DNA of 64,000 nucleotides from a bacterium (GCA_965242885.1 CBDETH010000008.1:1442225-1506224); one strand, 5' to 3'. Numbered from the stretch's first letter, positions 39,001 through 49,497 are shown. The notes: generated from the sequence alone by a model not told the origin. Translations and numbers: made by a program.

Positions 39001-40644
39001 ACCGTCTTGTCCTTCACTTCCTTCCGGACCGGCATCCAGTTCTATACGCTGGACCGCGAAAACACCCCGCCGTACGACGGCGTCCTCATGCGCAGCCTGT
39101 CGTGGCACTCCCTGCCCACGTCCTTCCTGCCCTACGTGGAGAACGCCTTCGAAGACCAGGCGGACGTGGTACCCCGGTCCTGGTACGAGCCGGAGGACAT
39201 GGTCAGCCCCTATATCGACCTGCGTGTGCGGGGCAAGGGGACCGCCACCACGGTACAATCCATCCTGGGACTGCACGCCGACGAACCGGCCGTCACCGCG
39301 CTGGACCGCTACCTGGTGCCGGGCGGACGGTGGTTCGCCCCGGACGAAAGGGCGGCCTGCCTGCTGCCCACGGAACTGGCCGAGCGGCTGGACGTGGGGC
39401 CGGAGGACGTGGGTACGGCGGAGGTGGAGATCCTCGGTGGACGCTATACGGTGATCGGACTGCTCGATTCCGAGGGGTTCGACGCCTACCGGGACATGGA
39501 CGACGAGAGCATCATGCCCGCCAGCTTCTCCATGACACGCTCGCTTACCGATATGGACATCGAAGTGTTCATGTCCACCATCCAGGCCTCCGAACACCTG
39601 CCGTCCCGCAACGTGCTGGTCCTGCCCTACCGGCAGACGCTCGACCTGAACGGGTCCACGCGGTCCGTGGCCATCGCGGGGTTCTCAGGCGGCGAAGAGC
39701 TCCGCGATTCCGTTGAGGCCTTCATGTCGCGGGTCCTCCTGGCCGTGTTCGTCGGCATGGAAGACGAAGTGAGGGTCTACAGCTCCCTGGGCGCTACTTC
39801 GGTCTCGGGCCTGGCCAACCTGATCATCCCGGTGCTCATCGCGGCGTTCCTGGTGTTGAATACCATGATGGGCGCCGTGTTCGAACGGTTCCGGGAAATC
39901 GGCGTGTACAGCGCGGTCGGGCTGGCCCCGAACCACGTCGCCGCCCTGTTCATCGCCGAAGCCGCCGTATTCGCGACGCTCGGGGCCGTCTTCGGTTACC
40001 TGTCCGGCCAGATCATCACCATGGGGCTCTCGCAATGGGACCTGCTGGGTGGCATGTCGCTCAACTATTCCTCCCTTTCGACCGTTTACGCCACGTTGGT
40101 CGTCATGGCCATCGTCTTCCTGTCCACCCTCTACCCGGCGAAGAAGGCCGCGGACATGACGGTAGAGGACGTGACGCGGCGCTGGTCGCCCCCGCCGCCC
40201 GACGAAGACGACTGGTGCTTCGAGTTCCCGTTCACGGTGACCGTACCCGAAGCGTTGCCGCTGTCGGGCTACCTGAACCACATCTTCCAGACCCATGAAG
40301 ACAGTTCGGCAGAGGACTTCGTCGCCGAGGGGACCACGCTCGACGCGATACCGGGGGATACCTACGACACGTATCACGTGGCATCCACCGTCTGGCTGGC
40401 GCCGTACGACCTCGCCATCAGCCAGGACGTGCGGCTTGAACTGGAGCCCGTGCTTCACGAAAGACTGTACCGCATCCTGATCGTGATCCACCGCCGCAGC
40501 GGTGACCTGGCGCAATGGCAGACGATCAACCGGCGGTTCTTCACCGTATTGAGGAAGCGGTTTCTGGTATGGCGGACCCTGGCAGAGCCCATAAAGGCGC
40601 GGTACCGGGATATCAAAGCCTTCGATCGCCACACGGCCCTGTAA
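36076..40644 (+). CDS. Fusion protein: N-terminal TM + M28-peptidase-like/PA ectodomain + two FtsX-like permease modules (1522 aa)
   Basis: PA domain (GSIVLVDFDGRDQYLNARMLGARAVLFHD). M28-like core (VVLSAFYDAMSVVPGLAPGAESAGGIAAMLELMDVL...LATSAHFHG). FtsX/MacB-type TM1 (LRKRKMRTALTAVTLTLLTFTVLSF). C-terminal FtsX domain (GAVFERFREIGVYSAVGLAPNHVAALFIAEAAVFATLGAVFGYLSG). Confidence 0.7.
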   Translation: MYSRIFGFFFLAVGVLLFLAVAVAGPAWVTEHVILRIVSIPEDVPPRPLEEAPVSWEEVSEIVTRERVEAHVRAMSENPSRVVGYPGNRAAMEYVVDAFRAGGLAEVTVDTFTVSSPVDHGFTLTVHDAVETEIPVYQFWPNLVRLNSFPDGIRGPLHYGQRGEFQAFNGKEIEGSIVLVDFDGRDQYLNARMLGARAVLFHDSGPGSVTNNQAQRKILDVPADVPRFWVPDPHAAAVLAAARSGDVEVTIRGHMTWERAETWNVMGWIPGRDEPLPGSDGTEKWKDRIVVLSAFYDAMSVVPGLAPGAESAGGIAAMLELMDVLRAHPPGYTVLFLATSAHFHGLQGVNDFLDRHQRKDEFFLERIPEEDRIPFDLFLGLDLTSRADQVGLFSYGDFIFFTSNLDILYEPYADRYLNYARKAGVHDDEDSRTAYLNTLTHPLRSQESFMPAGPAFDHEMVTLAGLHGMTFATVNDNRLLIDTPKDRIEYVDFPNLVRQIRTLGTLLPAMLSDPVAFDVDESIRLKDEGRDIEGRVLEFDRTVDFFKPNTPVSDALVVYEPGYQSHSGVRGFMVTHADSLGHFRHSMVRFPRGPTELRSYGLAADGRIVYAPDLGEEGNATFPLAVPNSSKVNNTIQVLFPCEEINLFDIVDPGVFVALDNLTVLGRDNSPLRKYGAAFVEDQSFFGNWMTNAAVVFARPEDRVKMFMSSGPRGVKYLLTNTPESWLDEPPVSISDDAMALAQGRGFTADQGLILYPFYQSALDLWSLNRARLMKLEDHGVTNARAAELHEESTEALRAAREALENRRYDAFAARSREAWGFEARAYPDVRYAADDTVDGIVFYFMLLVPFCFFLERLFFGFTDIRKRLASVGVIFAAVFMLLQNVHPAFQLSLTPYMVFLAFLILAMALIIITMIVTRFDTEMKNLTRSAAGLHEADIGRLSATAVAISLGISNLRKRKMRTALTAVTLTLLTFTVLSFTSFRTGIQFYTLDRENTPPYDGVLMRSLSWHSLPTSFLPYVENAFEDQADVVPRSWYEPEDMVSPYIDLRVRGKGTATTVQSILGLHADEPAVTALDRYLVPGGRWFAPDERAACLLPTELAERLDVGPEDVGTAEVEILGGRYTVIGLLDSEGFDAYRDMDDESIMPASFSMTRSLTDMDIEVFMSTIQASEHLPSRNVLVLPYRQTLDLNGSTRSVAIAGFSGGEELRDSVEAFMSRVLLAVFVGMEDEVRVYSSLGATSVSGLANLIIPVLIAAFLVLNTMMGAVFERFREIGVYSAVGLAPNHVAALFIAEAAVFATLGAVFGYLSGQIITMGLSQWDLLGGMSLNYSSLSTVYATLVVMAIVFLSTLYPAKKAADMTVEDVTRRWSPPPPDEDDWCFEFPFTVTVPEALPLSGYLNHIFQTHEDSSAEDFVAEGTTLDAIPGDTYDTYHVASTVWLAPYDLAISQDVRLELEPVLHERLYRILIVIHRRSGDLAQWQTINRRFFTVLRKRFLVWRTLAEPIKARYRDIKAFDRHTAL

Positions 40645-40727
40645 CCTGCGGAGAGGCAACGCGATGCGCGGTGCGATCCGGAATGAGGAAAAGCGATGTG
40701 CGGCGCGAACATGAGAGAGGAGCGGCC

Positions 40728-41885
40728 ATGTACGACCTGATCATCAAGGGCGGCCATGTCATCGATCCCGATAACGGCATCAACGGAAGCCGGGACGTCG
40801 CCGTCGACGGCGGCCTGATCGCGGCGGTGGAACACGACATCCCGGCGGAACACGGTCGAAGGGTCGCCCGCGTCCACGGCCATTACGTCACGCCCGGGCT
40901 GATCGACATCCACATGCACGCTTACGGCGGCTACCGGGGGTGGGTTTTCCCCGACGCCCACGTGCTTCCCAACGGCGTGACCACGGTGCTCGATACCGGG
41001 GGCGCGGGCTGGAAGAAGTTCGAAGACTTCAAGGACACGGTCATCGCGGATTCCACAACCCGGGTCCTGGCGCTGATCAACATCGTGGGCGCCGGCATGG
41101 AAGGCGCCGTGGAGCAGGACGTTTCGGAGATGGACCCGGTACCCTGCGGGGACATGATCGCCCGGTACCCGGAGCACGTCGTCGGGTCCAAGACCGCCCA
41201 TTTCGGCGGTCCGGGCTGGGAGGCGGTGGACGGCGCCGTCGAAGCGGCCCGTCGAAGCGGCACCATCGCCATGATCGATTTCGCGCCGAAGCCGACCCGG
41301 AGCTACCGGGACCTGCTGCTGAAGAAACTGAGCCCCGGCGACATCCATACGCATCTCTACGCGCAGCACATACCCCTGCTGGACGAGCACGGCCGGGTGA
41401 ACGACTACGTCCGGGAAGCGCGGGACAAGGGCATCCTGTTCGACCTGGGCCACGGCGGCGGCAGCTTCTGGTTTCGCATCGCCGTGCCGGCCATCGAGCA
41501 GGGGTTCCTGCCGGATACCATCAGTACGGACCTCCACAAGTACAGCGCCCTGATGCCGAACGCGAGCATGAACACGACCATGTCGAAATGCCTGAACATG
41601 GGGATGACGCTGGAGGACGTGGTCATGCGCTCCACGCGGAACCCCGCCCGGGCCATCCGGCGCCCCGAACTGGGCACGCTGAGCATCGGCGCGGAGGCGG
41701 ACGTCGCCGTGCTGGAGCTGGAATACGGAGAGTTCGGTTTCGTGGACTCGGGCCACGCGCGCATGCGCGGCGACCGGCGTCTGAGGTGCCTGTTGACGGT
41801 GCGTGCCGGCGAGGTGGTCTGGGACCTGAACGGCCTGACGCGGCCGGACTGGGACAAGGCGGGAAAATACATCAGGGCGGATTAG
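40728..41885 (+). CDS. Amidohydrolase-superfamily metallohydrolase (dihydroorotase / D-aminoacylase-like)
   Basis: N-terminus YDLIIKGGHVIDPDNG ... GLIDIHMHAY (HxH metal site). SD gagaggag lies upstream of ATG 40728. Confidence 0.75.
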   Translation: MYDLIIKGGHVIDPDNGINGSRDVAVDGGLIAAVEHDIPAEHGRRVARVHGHYVTPGLIDIHMHAYGGYRGWVFPDAHVLPNGVTTVLDTGGAGWKKFEDFKDTVIADSTTRVLALINIVGAGMEGAVEQDVSEMDPVPCGDMIARYPEHVVGSKTAHFGGPGWEAVDGAVEAARRSGTIAMIDFAPKPTRSYRDLLLKKLSPGDIHTHLYAQHIPLLDEHGRVNDYVREARDKGILFDLGHGGGSFWFRIAVPAIEQGFLPDTISTDLHKYSALMPNASMNTTMSKCLNMGMTLEDVVMRSTRNPARAIRRPELGTLSIGAEADVAVLELEYGEFGFVDSGHARMRGDRRLRCLLTVRAGEVVWDLNGLTRPDWDKAGKYIRAD

Positions 41886-41970
41886 CCGGACGGACCGGGT
41901 TGAGTACGGGCGCGGCTGAAAACCGGTACGCGCCGCACCCATTCGGAAATGCCATGACCGAGCGTAAACC

Positions 41971-44022
41971 ATGAGCGACACCACCAGGCGTGAACACCAG
42001 GATCGGCACGACCGGGAAGCCGATTCCGCCGGACAGGACGACCGGTGGCAGATCGTGCCGGACAGCCTGCCCTACGAGGACGGGTTCAGCAGCCGGATCA
42101 TCTGGGCCGCCTTCTTCGTCGGGCTGGTCATGCTTCCGGGGGCGATCTACCTGGAACTGGTGACCGGAAAGAGTTTCGCGGGCGCCGCGGAATGGGTCAC
42201 CATCATCATGTTCATCGAGATCGGGAAGCGCCTGTTCATCAAGCTGAAGCCCCAGGAAGCCATCATCCTCTACTGGCTCGCTGCCGGCCTGGCGGCGACG
42301 GGACTGGGCGCCAGCGGCATGGCGGCCGGGTCATCGGTGCACGGCGCGCCTTTCGCCAAGATGATCTGGTTCCAGTATCTGATCCAGTCCCCCCAGGCGG
42401 ACGGCCTGGCCCAGCTTCTGCCCCAGTGGGTATCGCCGCCCAGAGGTTCCGATTCCCTGATCACCCGGACCCTCTTCTCCATGGAGTGGCTGGAACCCAT
42501 CCTGCTGGCCGTCCTCGTGTCCATCCTCGGCCTGGTCAACGCCCTTTCGCTGGGATACGTGCTCTTCCGCATCACGGCGGACACCGAACGCCTGCCCTTT
42601 CCCCTGGCGCCCGTACAGGCGGCCGGCGCCACCGCGCTGGCGGAATCGTCCGCGGGCGAAGAGACCTGGCGGTGGCGCCTGTTTACCGTCGGCGCCATGA
42701 TCGGCCTGGGTTGGGGTATTCTGTACGTCGTCGTTCCGACGGTATCGGGCGTGGTGCTGACCAAGGGGGTCGAAGTCTTCCCCATTCCCTTCGCGGACTT
42801 TACGCCGCGGGTCCGGGACGTGCTGCCCGCGTCGCCCATCGGCATCGGCACGGACATGGCCACGCTCCTGGTGGGTTTCGTTCTGCCCTTCTGGATCGTG
42901 GTCGGTACTTTCATCAGTTCTTTCGTCGTCACCTTCATCGCCAACCCGGCCCTCTACCACTTCGGCCTTTTGCACAGCTGGGCGCCGGGGATGAGCACCA
43001 TCCCCACTTCCATCAACAACACCATCGATTTCTGGCTGAGTTTTTCCTCCATCGGCACTTCGCTGGTCATCGGCCTGATCGGCCTGGTCGCCTTCGCCCG
43101 CGCCCTGCGACGAGACCCGGACGGCCCGTCGGGCGCCCAGGGACCCCGCCGGCCGCCGCCGGACCGGGGCGATTTCAGGCTGCCTATCCCCATCGCGCTC
43201 TGGGCGGTCTCGACCCTTTGCTTCATTCTCCTGGTCTACTACCTCGAACCCACGTTTCCGGTATGGATCTCCCTGGTATTCGGGTTCCTGTGGACGCCCT
43301 TCTTCTCCTACATCGGCGCGCGCATGATCGGTCTCACGGGCTCGCCCTACGGATCGTCCTTCCCCTACGCGAGGGAGGGCTCCTTCTACCTGTCGGGCTA
43401 CAAGGGCGTGGCCATCTGGTTCGCGCCGGTTCCGCTCTTCGATCACAGCGGCGTGGTCGCGACCTTCCGGCAGCTGGAACTCACCCGAACGCGATTTCCA
43501 AGCCTGGTCAAACTCTATATATTGAGCCTGTTGCTGCTCATCGTATTCAGTTTCCTGTTCTACGCCCTGATCTGGAAACTGGCGCCCATACCGTCCGCGG
43601 CCTATCCCTTCGTCGAGAAGATGTGGCCGCTGCAGGCGACGATGGAGACGATCTGGATCAAGTCGACCCTGCCGGGCGGATCGGATGTGATCGGGCAGCT
43701 CATCAAGTGGGAGTACATCGGCGCCGGGATGGGGTTCACGGTGGCCCTGTACGGGGTCCTGAGCCTGCTCAAAGCGCCGCCGCTGCTGTTCTACGGCCTG
43801 GTCGCGGGACTGGGCACCGGCGCTTGGATTCATTACACGTTGCCCACGTTCATCGGAGCGATGCTGGGCCGGTTCTATTTCGGGCGGCGCTATGGCGAGA
43901 AGAGATGGCGGGCCTACGCGCCCGTGATCCTCGCCGGGTACGGGTGCGGCCTGGGCCTGATCGGCATGGCGGCCGTCTCCCTGGTGCTGATCGCCAAGTC
44001 CACGTCCCAGATCCTGTTCTGA
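41971..44022 (+). CDS. Polytopic integral membrane protein, uncharacterised family, divergent paralog C (683 aa)
   Basis: Same overall layout as A and B. Weaker shared blocks (FRITADTERLPFP; C-terminal ...RWRAYAPVILAGYGCGLGLIG). Confidence 0.55.
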   Translation: MSDTTRREHQDRHDREADSAGQDDRWQIVPDSLPYEDGFSSRIIWAAFFVGLVMLPGAIYLELVTGKSFAGAAEWVTIIMFIEIGKRLFIKLKPQEAIILYWLAAGLAATGLGASGMAAGSSVHGAPFAKMIWFQYLIQSPQADGLAQLLPQWVSPPRGSDSLITRTLFSMEWLEPILLAVLVSILGLVNALSLGYVLFRITADTERLPFPLAPVQAAGATALAESSAGEETWRWRLFTVGAMIGLGWGILYVVVPTVSGVVLTKGVEVFPIPFADFTPRVRDVLPASPIGIGTDMATLLVGFVLPFWIVVGTFISSFVVTFIANPALYHFGLLHSWAPGMSTIPTSINNTIDFWLSFSSIGTSLVIGLIGLVAFARALRRDPDGPSGAQGPRRPPPDRGDFRLPIPIALWAVSTLCFILLVYYLEPTFPVWISLVFGFLWTPFFSYIGARMIGLTGSPYGSSFPYAREGSFYLSGYKGVAIWFAPVPLFDHSGVVATFRQLELTRTRFPSLVKLYILSLLLLIVFSFLFYALIWKLAPIPSAAYPFVEKMWPLQATMETIWIKSTLPGGSDVIGQLIKWEYIGAGMGFTVALYGVLSLLKAPPLLFYGLVAGLGTGAWIHYTLPTFIGAMLGRFYFGRRYGEKRWRAYAPVILAGYGCGLGLIGMAAVSLVLIAKSTSQILF

Positions 44023-44070
44023 CGTCCCGGATCCTGTGCTGACACGCGAATTGACCTGGAAACCTGTTCC

Positions 44071-45105
44071 ATGCCCAATGATTTCCGCGTAGCCCTGGTC
44101 GCCGATCTGCTGGGTCCCGACGGCGGGGTCGTCTTCGACGATTTCGGCGTCGACCTGCTGGACGATGCAGGGGTCTTCCATGCCTTCCTGGAAGAGGACC
44201 GGTCGCCCGTCACCCCGGATCAGCTGGAGGACTTCGACGCGGTGATCTCCATGGGCCAATCTTACACGCGAGACTCCTTTGCCCGAGTCGAGCGCCTGGC
44301 GCTGATCGCCCGTACGGGCGTGGGCTACGACATGATCGATATGGACGCCGCGACGGAGGCGGACGTCATGGTGACGATCACGCCGGAGGCCACGCGCAGG
44401 CCCGTGGCCAGCGCCACCATGGCCCTGATGCTCGGTCTCTGCCACCGGGTGACGATCAAGGACGCCATCGTCCGGAACGACGACTGGGACATCCGGTTCG
44501 ATCACATGGGATGCGAGATCCGGGGACGGGTGGTCGGCCTCATCGGCATGGGCATGATCGGCCGCGAGGTGGCCCGCATGCTGGCGCCCTTCGAGCCTTC
44601 CGAAATCCTCGTCGCCGATCCGGCGGTGACCGCGGAAGAGGCCGCGCGACTGGGCGTTACGCTGGTGGATTTGGAGACGCTGCTCCGGCGCAGCACGTTC
44701 GTTACCATCCACTGCCCGTTGAATGAGCACACCCGGTACCTGATCGGTGCGCGTGAGCTGCGCATGATGCGGGAGGGCGCCTACCTCGTTAACACGGCGC
44801 GTGGCGCCATCGTAGACCAGAAAGCACTGGAGCAGGCGTTGCAGGAAGGCTGGATCGCAGGCGCGGCCATTGATGTTTTCGAGCAGGAACCGCCAGCCGC
44901 CGACGATCCCCTGCTTTCCCTGCCGAACGTCATCCTGGCACCTCACGCTTCGTGCTGGACCTACGAGCTGTTCCGTGATATCGGACACGACTGCATGAAG
45001 GCGGCCCTGGCCGTTTCCAGGGGAGAAGAGCCTCCTTACGTGGTCAACCGGGAAGTACTCGAGCGGCCCGGATTAAGGAGAAAACTGGAACGATTCAGCG
45101 GATAA
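44071..45105 (+). CDS. D-isomer-specific 2-hydroxyacid dehydrogenase family protein (PGDH-like)
   Basis: NAD site GRVVGLIGMGMIGREVARML; catalytic-domain signature ...LVNTARGAIVD...; 344 aa. Confidence 0.8.
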   Translation: MPNDFRVALVADLLGPDGGVVFDDFGVDLLDDAGVFHAFLEEDRSPVTPDQLEDFDAVISMGQSYTRDSFARVERLALIARTGVGYDMIDMDAATEADVMVTITPEATRRPVASATMALMLGLCHRVTIKDAIVRNDDWDIRFDHMGCEIRGRVVGLIGMGMIGREVARMLAPFEPSEILVADPAVTAEEAARLGVTLVDLETLLRRSTFVTIHCPLNEHTRYLIGARELRMMREGAYLVNTARGAIVDQKALEQALQEGWIAGAAIDVFEQEPPAADDPLLSLPNVILAPHASCWTYELFRDIGHDCMKAALAVSRGEEPPYVVNREVLERPGLRRKLERFSG

Positions 45106-45123
45106 CACCAGGAAAGGAAGAAA

Positions 45124-46182
45124 ATGCCAGTAATTTCCCCCGAGAAACTGCATCGAATCGGCTGTGAAGTGATGGAGGCGGCCGGCTGCACGGCGGACGA
45201 CGCGCGCAGCGTCGTGGACCACCTCGTGGATTCCAATCTCTTCGGTCATGATTCCCACGGCGCTATCCGGATCCCGGAATACGTCAAGGCCATCAAGGAC
45301 GAGGGCCGGTTCAAGGCCAGGGCGGACGTGCGAATCCTGATGGAGAGTCCTTGTACGGCCGTGGTGGACAACGGAGGCGCGCTCGGCCAGGTGGGCGGAA
45401 CCGTCGCCATGCAACTGGCCATGAAGAAGGCGAGAGCGCACGGCACGGCCACGGTTTCGCTAAGGCGTACCAGCCACGTGGGGCGCGTGGGCGCTTATCC
45501 GCTCATGGCGGCCCGGGAGGGCCTGATCGGACTGGCCTTCGTCAACGCGGGCCGGTTCGGACGCCAGATCCCGCCCTTCGGCGGTATCGACGGACGCATC
45601 AGCACCAATCCCATTGCTTTCTCGGCCCCCCGCAGGAACGACGACCCCGTCATGGTGGACCTGACCACTTCCGTCGTCGCGGAAGGCAAGGTGCGTGTCG
45701 CCGCGAACAAGGGCGTGCGGGTTCCCGAGGGCTGGTTGATCGACCACGAAGGAAATCCCACCACGGACCCGACCGTGATCAAGGGCCCGCCGCCCAACGG
45801 CGCCATCCTGCCCATGGGTGGCATCGTCGCCCACAAGGGCTACAGCCTGGGGCTGCTCGTAGAGATCCTGGGCGGCACGCTGAGCGGACAGGGATGCGCG
45901 CAGGGCGAGCAGACCGTATCGAGCAACGGGGTGCTCTTCACCGTTTACGATATCTCTTTCTTTACCGATCTGGACTGGTACTACGAGGAAGTCGAAGGAA
46001 TGATCCGCCACGTGAAAGCCAGCCGTACAGCACCGGGATTCGACGAGATCCTCATACCGGGCGAACCGGAGTTCCGACTGGCGGCGAAGCGACGTCAGGA
46101 AGGGATCAGCATCGACGACACCACCTGGCAGCAGATGAAAGAGGCCGGGACCCGAGTCGGTCTGAATCCGGAGCAATGGTAA
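45124..46182 (+). CDS. Ldh_2-family (malate/L-lactate/sulfolactate/ureidoglycolate dehydrogenase type 2) oxidoreductase
   Basis: GHDSHGAIR and GGALGQVGGTVAM...HVGRVGAY are colinear with E. coli AllD/YbiC-type proteins (GIHSHGAVR ... NAAGQVAAKMGM). Confidence 0.65.
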   Translation: MPVISPEKLHRIGCEVMEAAGCTADDARSVVDHLVDSNLFGHDSHGAIRIPEYVKAIKDEGRFKARADVRILMESPCTAVVDNGGALGQVGGTVAMQLAMKKARAHGTATVSLRRTSHVGRVGAYPLMAAREGLIGLAFVNAGRFGRQIPPFGGIDGRISTNPIAFSAPRRNDDPVMVDLTTSVVAEGKVRVAANKGVRVPEGWLIDHEGNPTTDPTVIKGPPPNGAILPMGGIVAHKGYSLGLLVEILGGTLSGQGCAQGEQTVSSNGVLFTVYDISFFTDLDWYYEEVEGMIRHVKASRTAPGFDEILIPGEPEFRLAAKRRQEGISIDDTTWQQMKEAGTRVGLNPEQW

Positions 46183-46199
46183 GCCCGCGGTAAACCGAA

Positions 46200-46233
46200 A
46201 AAGGGACAGGAGCATAACTACCCCTGTCCCTTT
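46200..46233. terminator. Bidirectional rho-independent terminator hairpin (11-bp perfect stem aaagggacagg/cctgtcccttt, 12-nt loop)
   Basis: Lies between the convergent genes ending at 46182 (+) and 46264 (-). Flanked by an A-run on the left (a U-tract for the minus-strand transcript) and ttt on the right. Confidence 0.6.
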
Positions 46234-46263
46234 AGAGATGTGCTTACAGGATCGCGGCGGAAT

Positions 46264-46824
46264 CTACTTGGCCGAGAAACTGCCCATGAGCCGGTGGGTT
46301 CCCCACGAGACGGTCAATTTGCCCATCCCATCAGAATCCCCAAGCTCCACGGTGAGGCGCTCCACCGATTCGTCGCCCGTGCTGTAACTCAGCGGCACTT
46401 CCAGCACGTCGTTCTCCCGGCTGGCGCCCGGTGCGCCCCAGATCCCCACTTCGCTGTTGAAGATGAGCGCCCACGAGTCGCCTTCCACGTGCTTGATCCA
46501 TGCGCTGTAGGATCCCTTAGTCAGGGTCTGGTCACCGAACATCAGATCGGCGTCCGTAGTAAAAGTGGTGGATTTGTTGCTGCCGAAACGCCATACGAAT
46601 CCCGCCGGCGCCATGGCGAGCATGTCCCTGCCCTTCATTTCGGGACGGCCGTAGTCGATGGACACCTTGCCGCCTGACAATGCGACCTCCGCCATTCCGC
46701 GGCCGGGGTCCATCGCCTCACCGCCCGAGGGCATAGTCGTTTGGGCATCGGCGATCCCACTACTCAGGGAAGTAAGGGTCATGACAAGGGCCAGGCCGCC
46801 GATCATACGGGTAATGCGAAGCAT
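46264..46824 (-). CDS. DUF2911-family secreted protein
   Basis: Signal peptide MLRITRMIGGLALVMTLTSLSSGIADAQ. The pattern KVSIDYGRPEMKGRDM...GFVWRFGSNKST.FTTDADLMFGDQTLTKGSYSAW is typical of DUF2911. Confidence 0.55.
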   Translation of the reverse strand: MLRITRMIGGLALVMTLTSLSSGIADAQTTMPSGGEAMDPGRGMAEVALSGGKVSIDYGRPEMKGRDMLAMAPAGFVWRFGSNKSTTFTTDADLMFGDQTLTKGSYSAWIKHVEGDSWALIFNSEVGIWGAPGASRENDVLEVPLSYSTGDESVERLTVELGDSDGMGKLTVSWGTHRLMGSFSAK

Positions 46825-47142
46825 AAATCCCTCCTGTAAACGGTTCTTGTTTTGACATGCCGTAAAAGCAGGTCGTACGAGCAAAAATGAGAAGAATAAG
46901 CGATGCTGTCAACGTAATTGCATCGAGCCGACGATACCCGGGAAACGGACCAGGGAAAAGTCGACACGAATGCCGCGGCCGGCCTCGGGAGACGGTAAAC
47001 CGGCGGTGTATTTCCCTTGATTTCTGGCCCGCCCCGGTCGATTTTAGCCCTTGGGGCCGGAAGGTTCAACAACCCCTTCCTTCAGTGACGATTCATTATA
47101 CGTCAGATTTCCGCATTTCTTCATTTTAAAGGAGCTACTGGG

Positions 47143-47817
47143 ATGACCCGCGTAGACGATGCCGTATTGAACGGTCTGGCCGAATTCGACTCGGCCACGG
47201 TTTACAATGCCGTGGAAAAAGTGCAGGGCGTATCCAACGACGACTATACAGGACCTGAAATCCAATACCTGACGCCCGAATTCGGCGCCGTGATCGGGTA
47301 CGCGGTGACGTCCGAGGTCACCCCGCTGGACGCCACACCGGCCAATCTGACCTGGCCCGACTACTACGACGTGCTCAACGAAACGCCGGGTCCCATGATC
47401 GCGGTGATGAAGGACGTCGACACCCGTCCGAAGCGCGCCGCCCTCTTCGGAGACGGCATGGCGCATATCCACAGGAAGCTTGGCGTAGTTGGCGCCGTGG
47501 TCGAAGGCTGCGTCCGCGATCTCGAGGGCATCCGGTCAGCGGGCCTGCCCATCTGGGGCATCGGCACGGTATCCGGCCATGGTCCTTTCAACGTGCGGGC
47601 CGTAGGCCGGCCTCTTGTGGCCGGACAGCTGCTCGTGCAGACCGGCGACCTGTTGCTCGCCGACGTGGACGGCGTGGTGAAGATCCCCCTCGATATCGCG
47701 AAAGACACCCTGAGAAAGGCGAACGAGATCAGGACGTGGGAACGGACCCACTTCGACATGATCAACAGCCCCGATTTCTCCTACGAAAAGTGGAAGAACC
47801 GGGAATCGCAGGCGTAA
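47143..47817 (+). CDS. RraA-like (RraA / 4-hydroxy-4-methyl-2-oxoglutarate aldolase family) protein
   Basis: RraA-fold segments ([12 protein letters not shown]...[10 protein letters not shown]...[16 protein letters not shown]...[12 protein letters not shown]); SD aaaggag upstream. Confidence 0.7.
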   Translation: MTRVDDAVLNGLAEFDSATVYNAVEKVQGVSNDDYTGPEIQYLTPEFGAVIGYAVTSEVTPLDATPANLTWPDYYDVLNETPGPMIAVMKDVDTRPKRAALFGDGMAHIHRKLGVVGAVVEGCVRDLEGIRSAGLPIWGIGTVSGHGPFNVRAVGRPLVAGQLLVQTGDLLLADVDGVVKIPLDIAKDTLRKANEIRTWERTHFDMINSPDFSYEKWKNRESQA

Positions 47818-47825
47818 GCCGCCTA

Positions 47826-49475
<1,650 letters not shown>

Positions 49476-49497
49476 ATATCGGAAGCGATGGTCGGAT

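Noticed and set aside
36007-39597. Minus-strand ORFs of 607 and 545 aa antisense to the M28/PA-FtsX fusion gene
   Set aside because: Antisense GC-frame ORFs; the plus-strand frame carries PA, M28 and FtsX motifs throughout.
42331-44988. 885-aa minus-strand ORF antisense to membrane protein C and the 2-HADH gene
   Set aside because: Low-complexity Gly/Arg/Asp-rich; spans two well-supported plus-strand genes.
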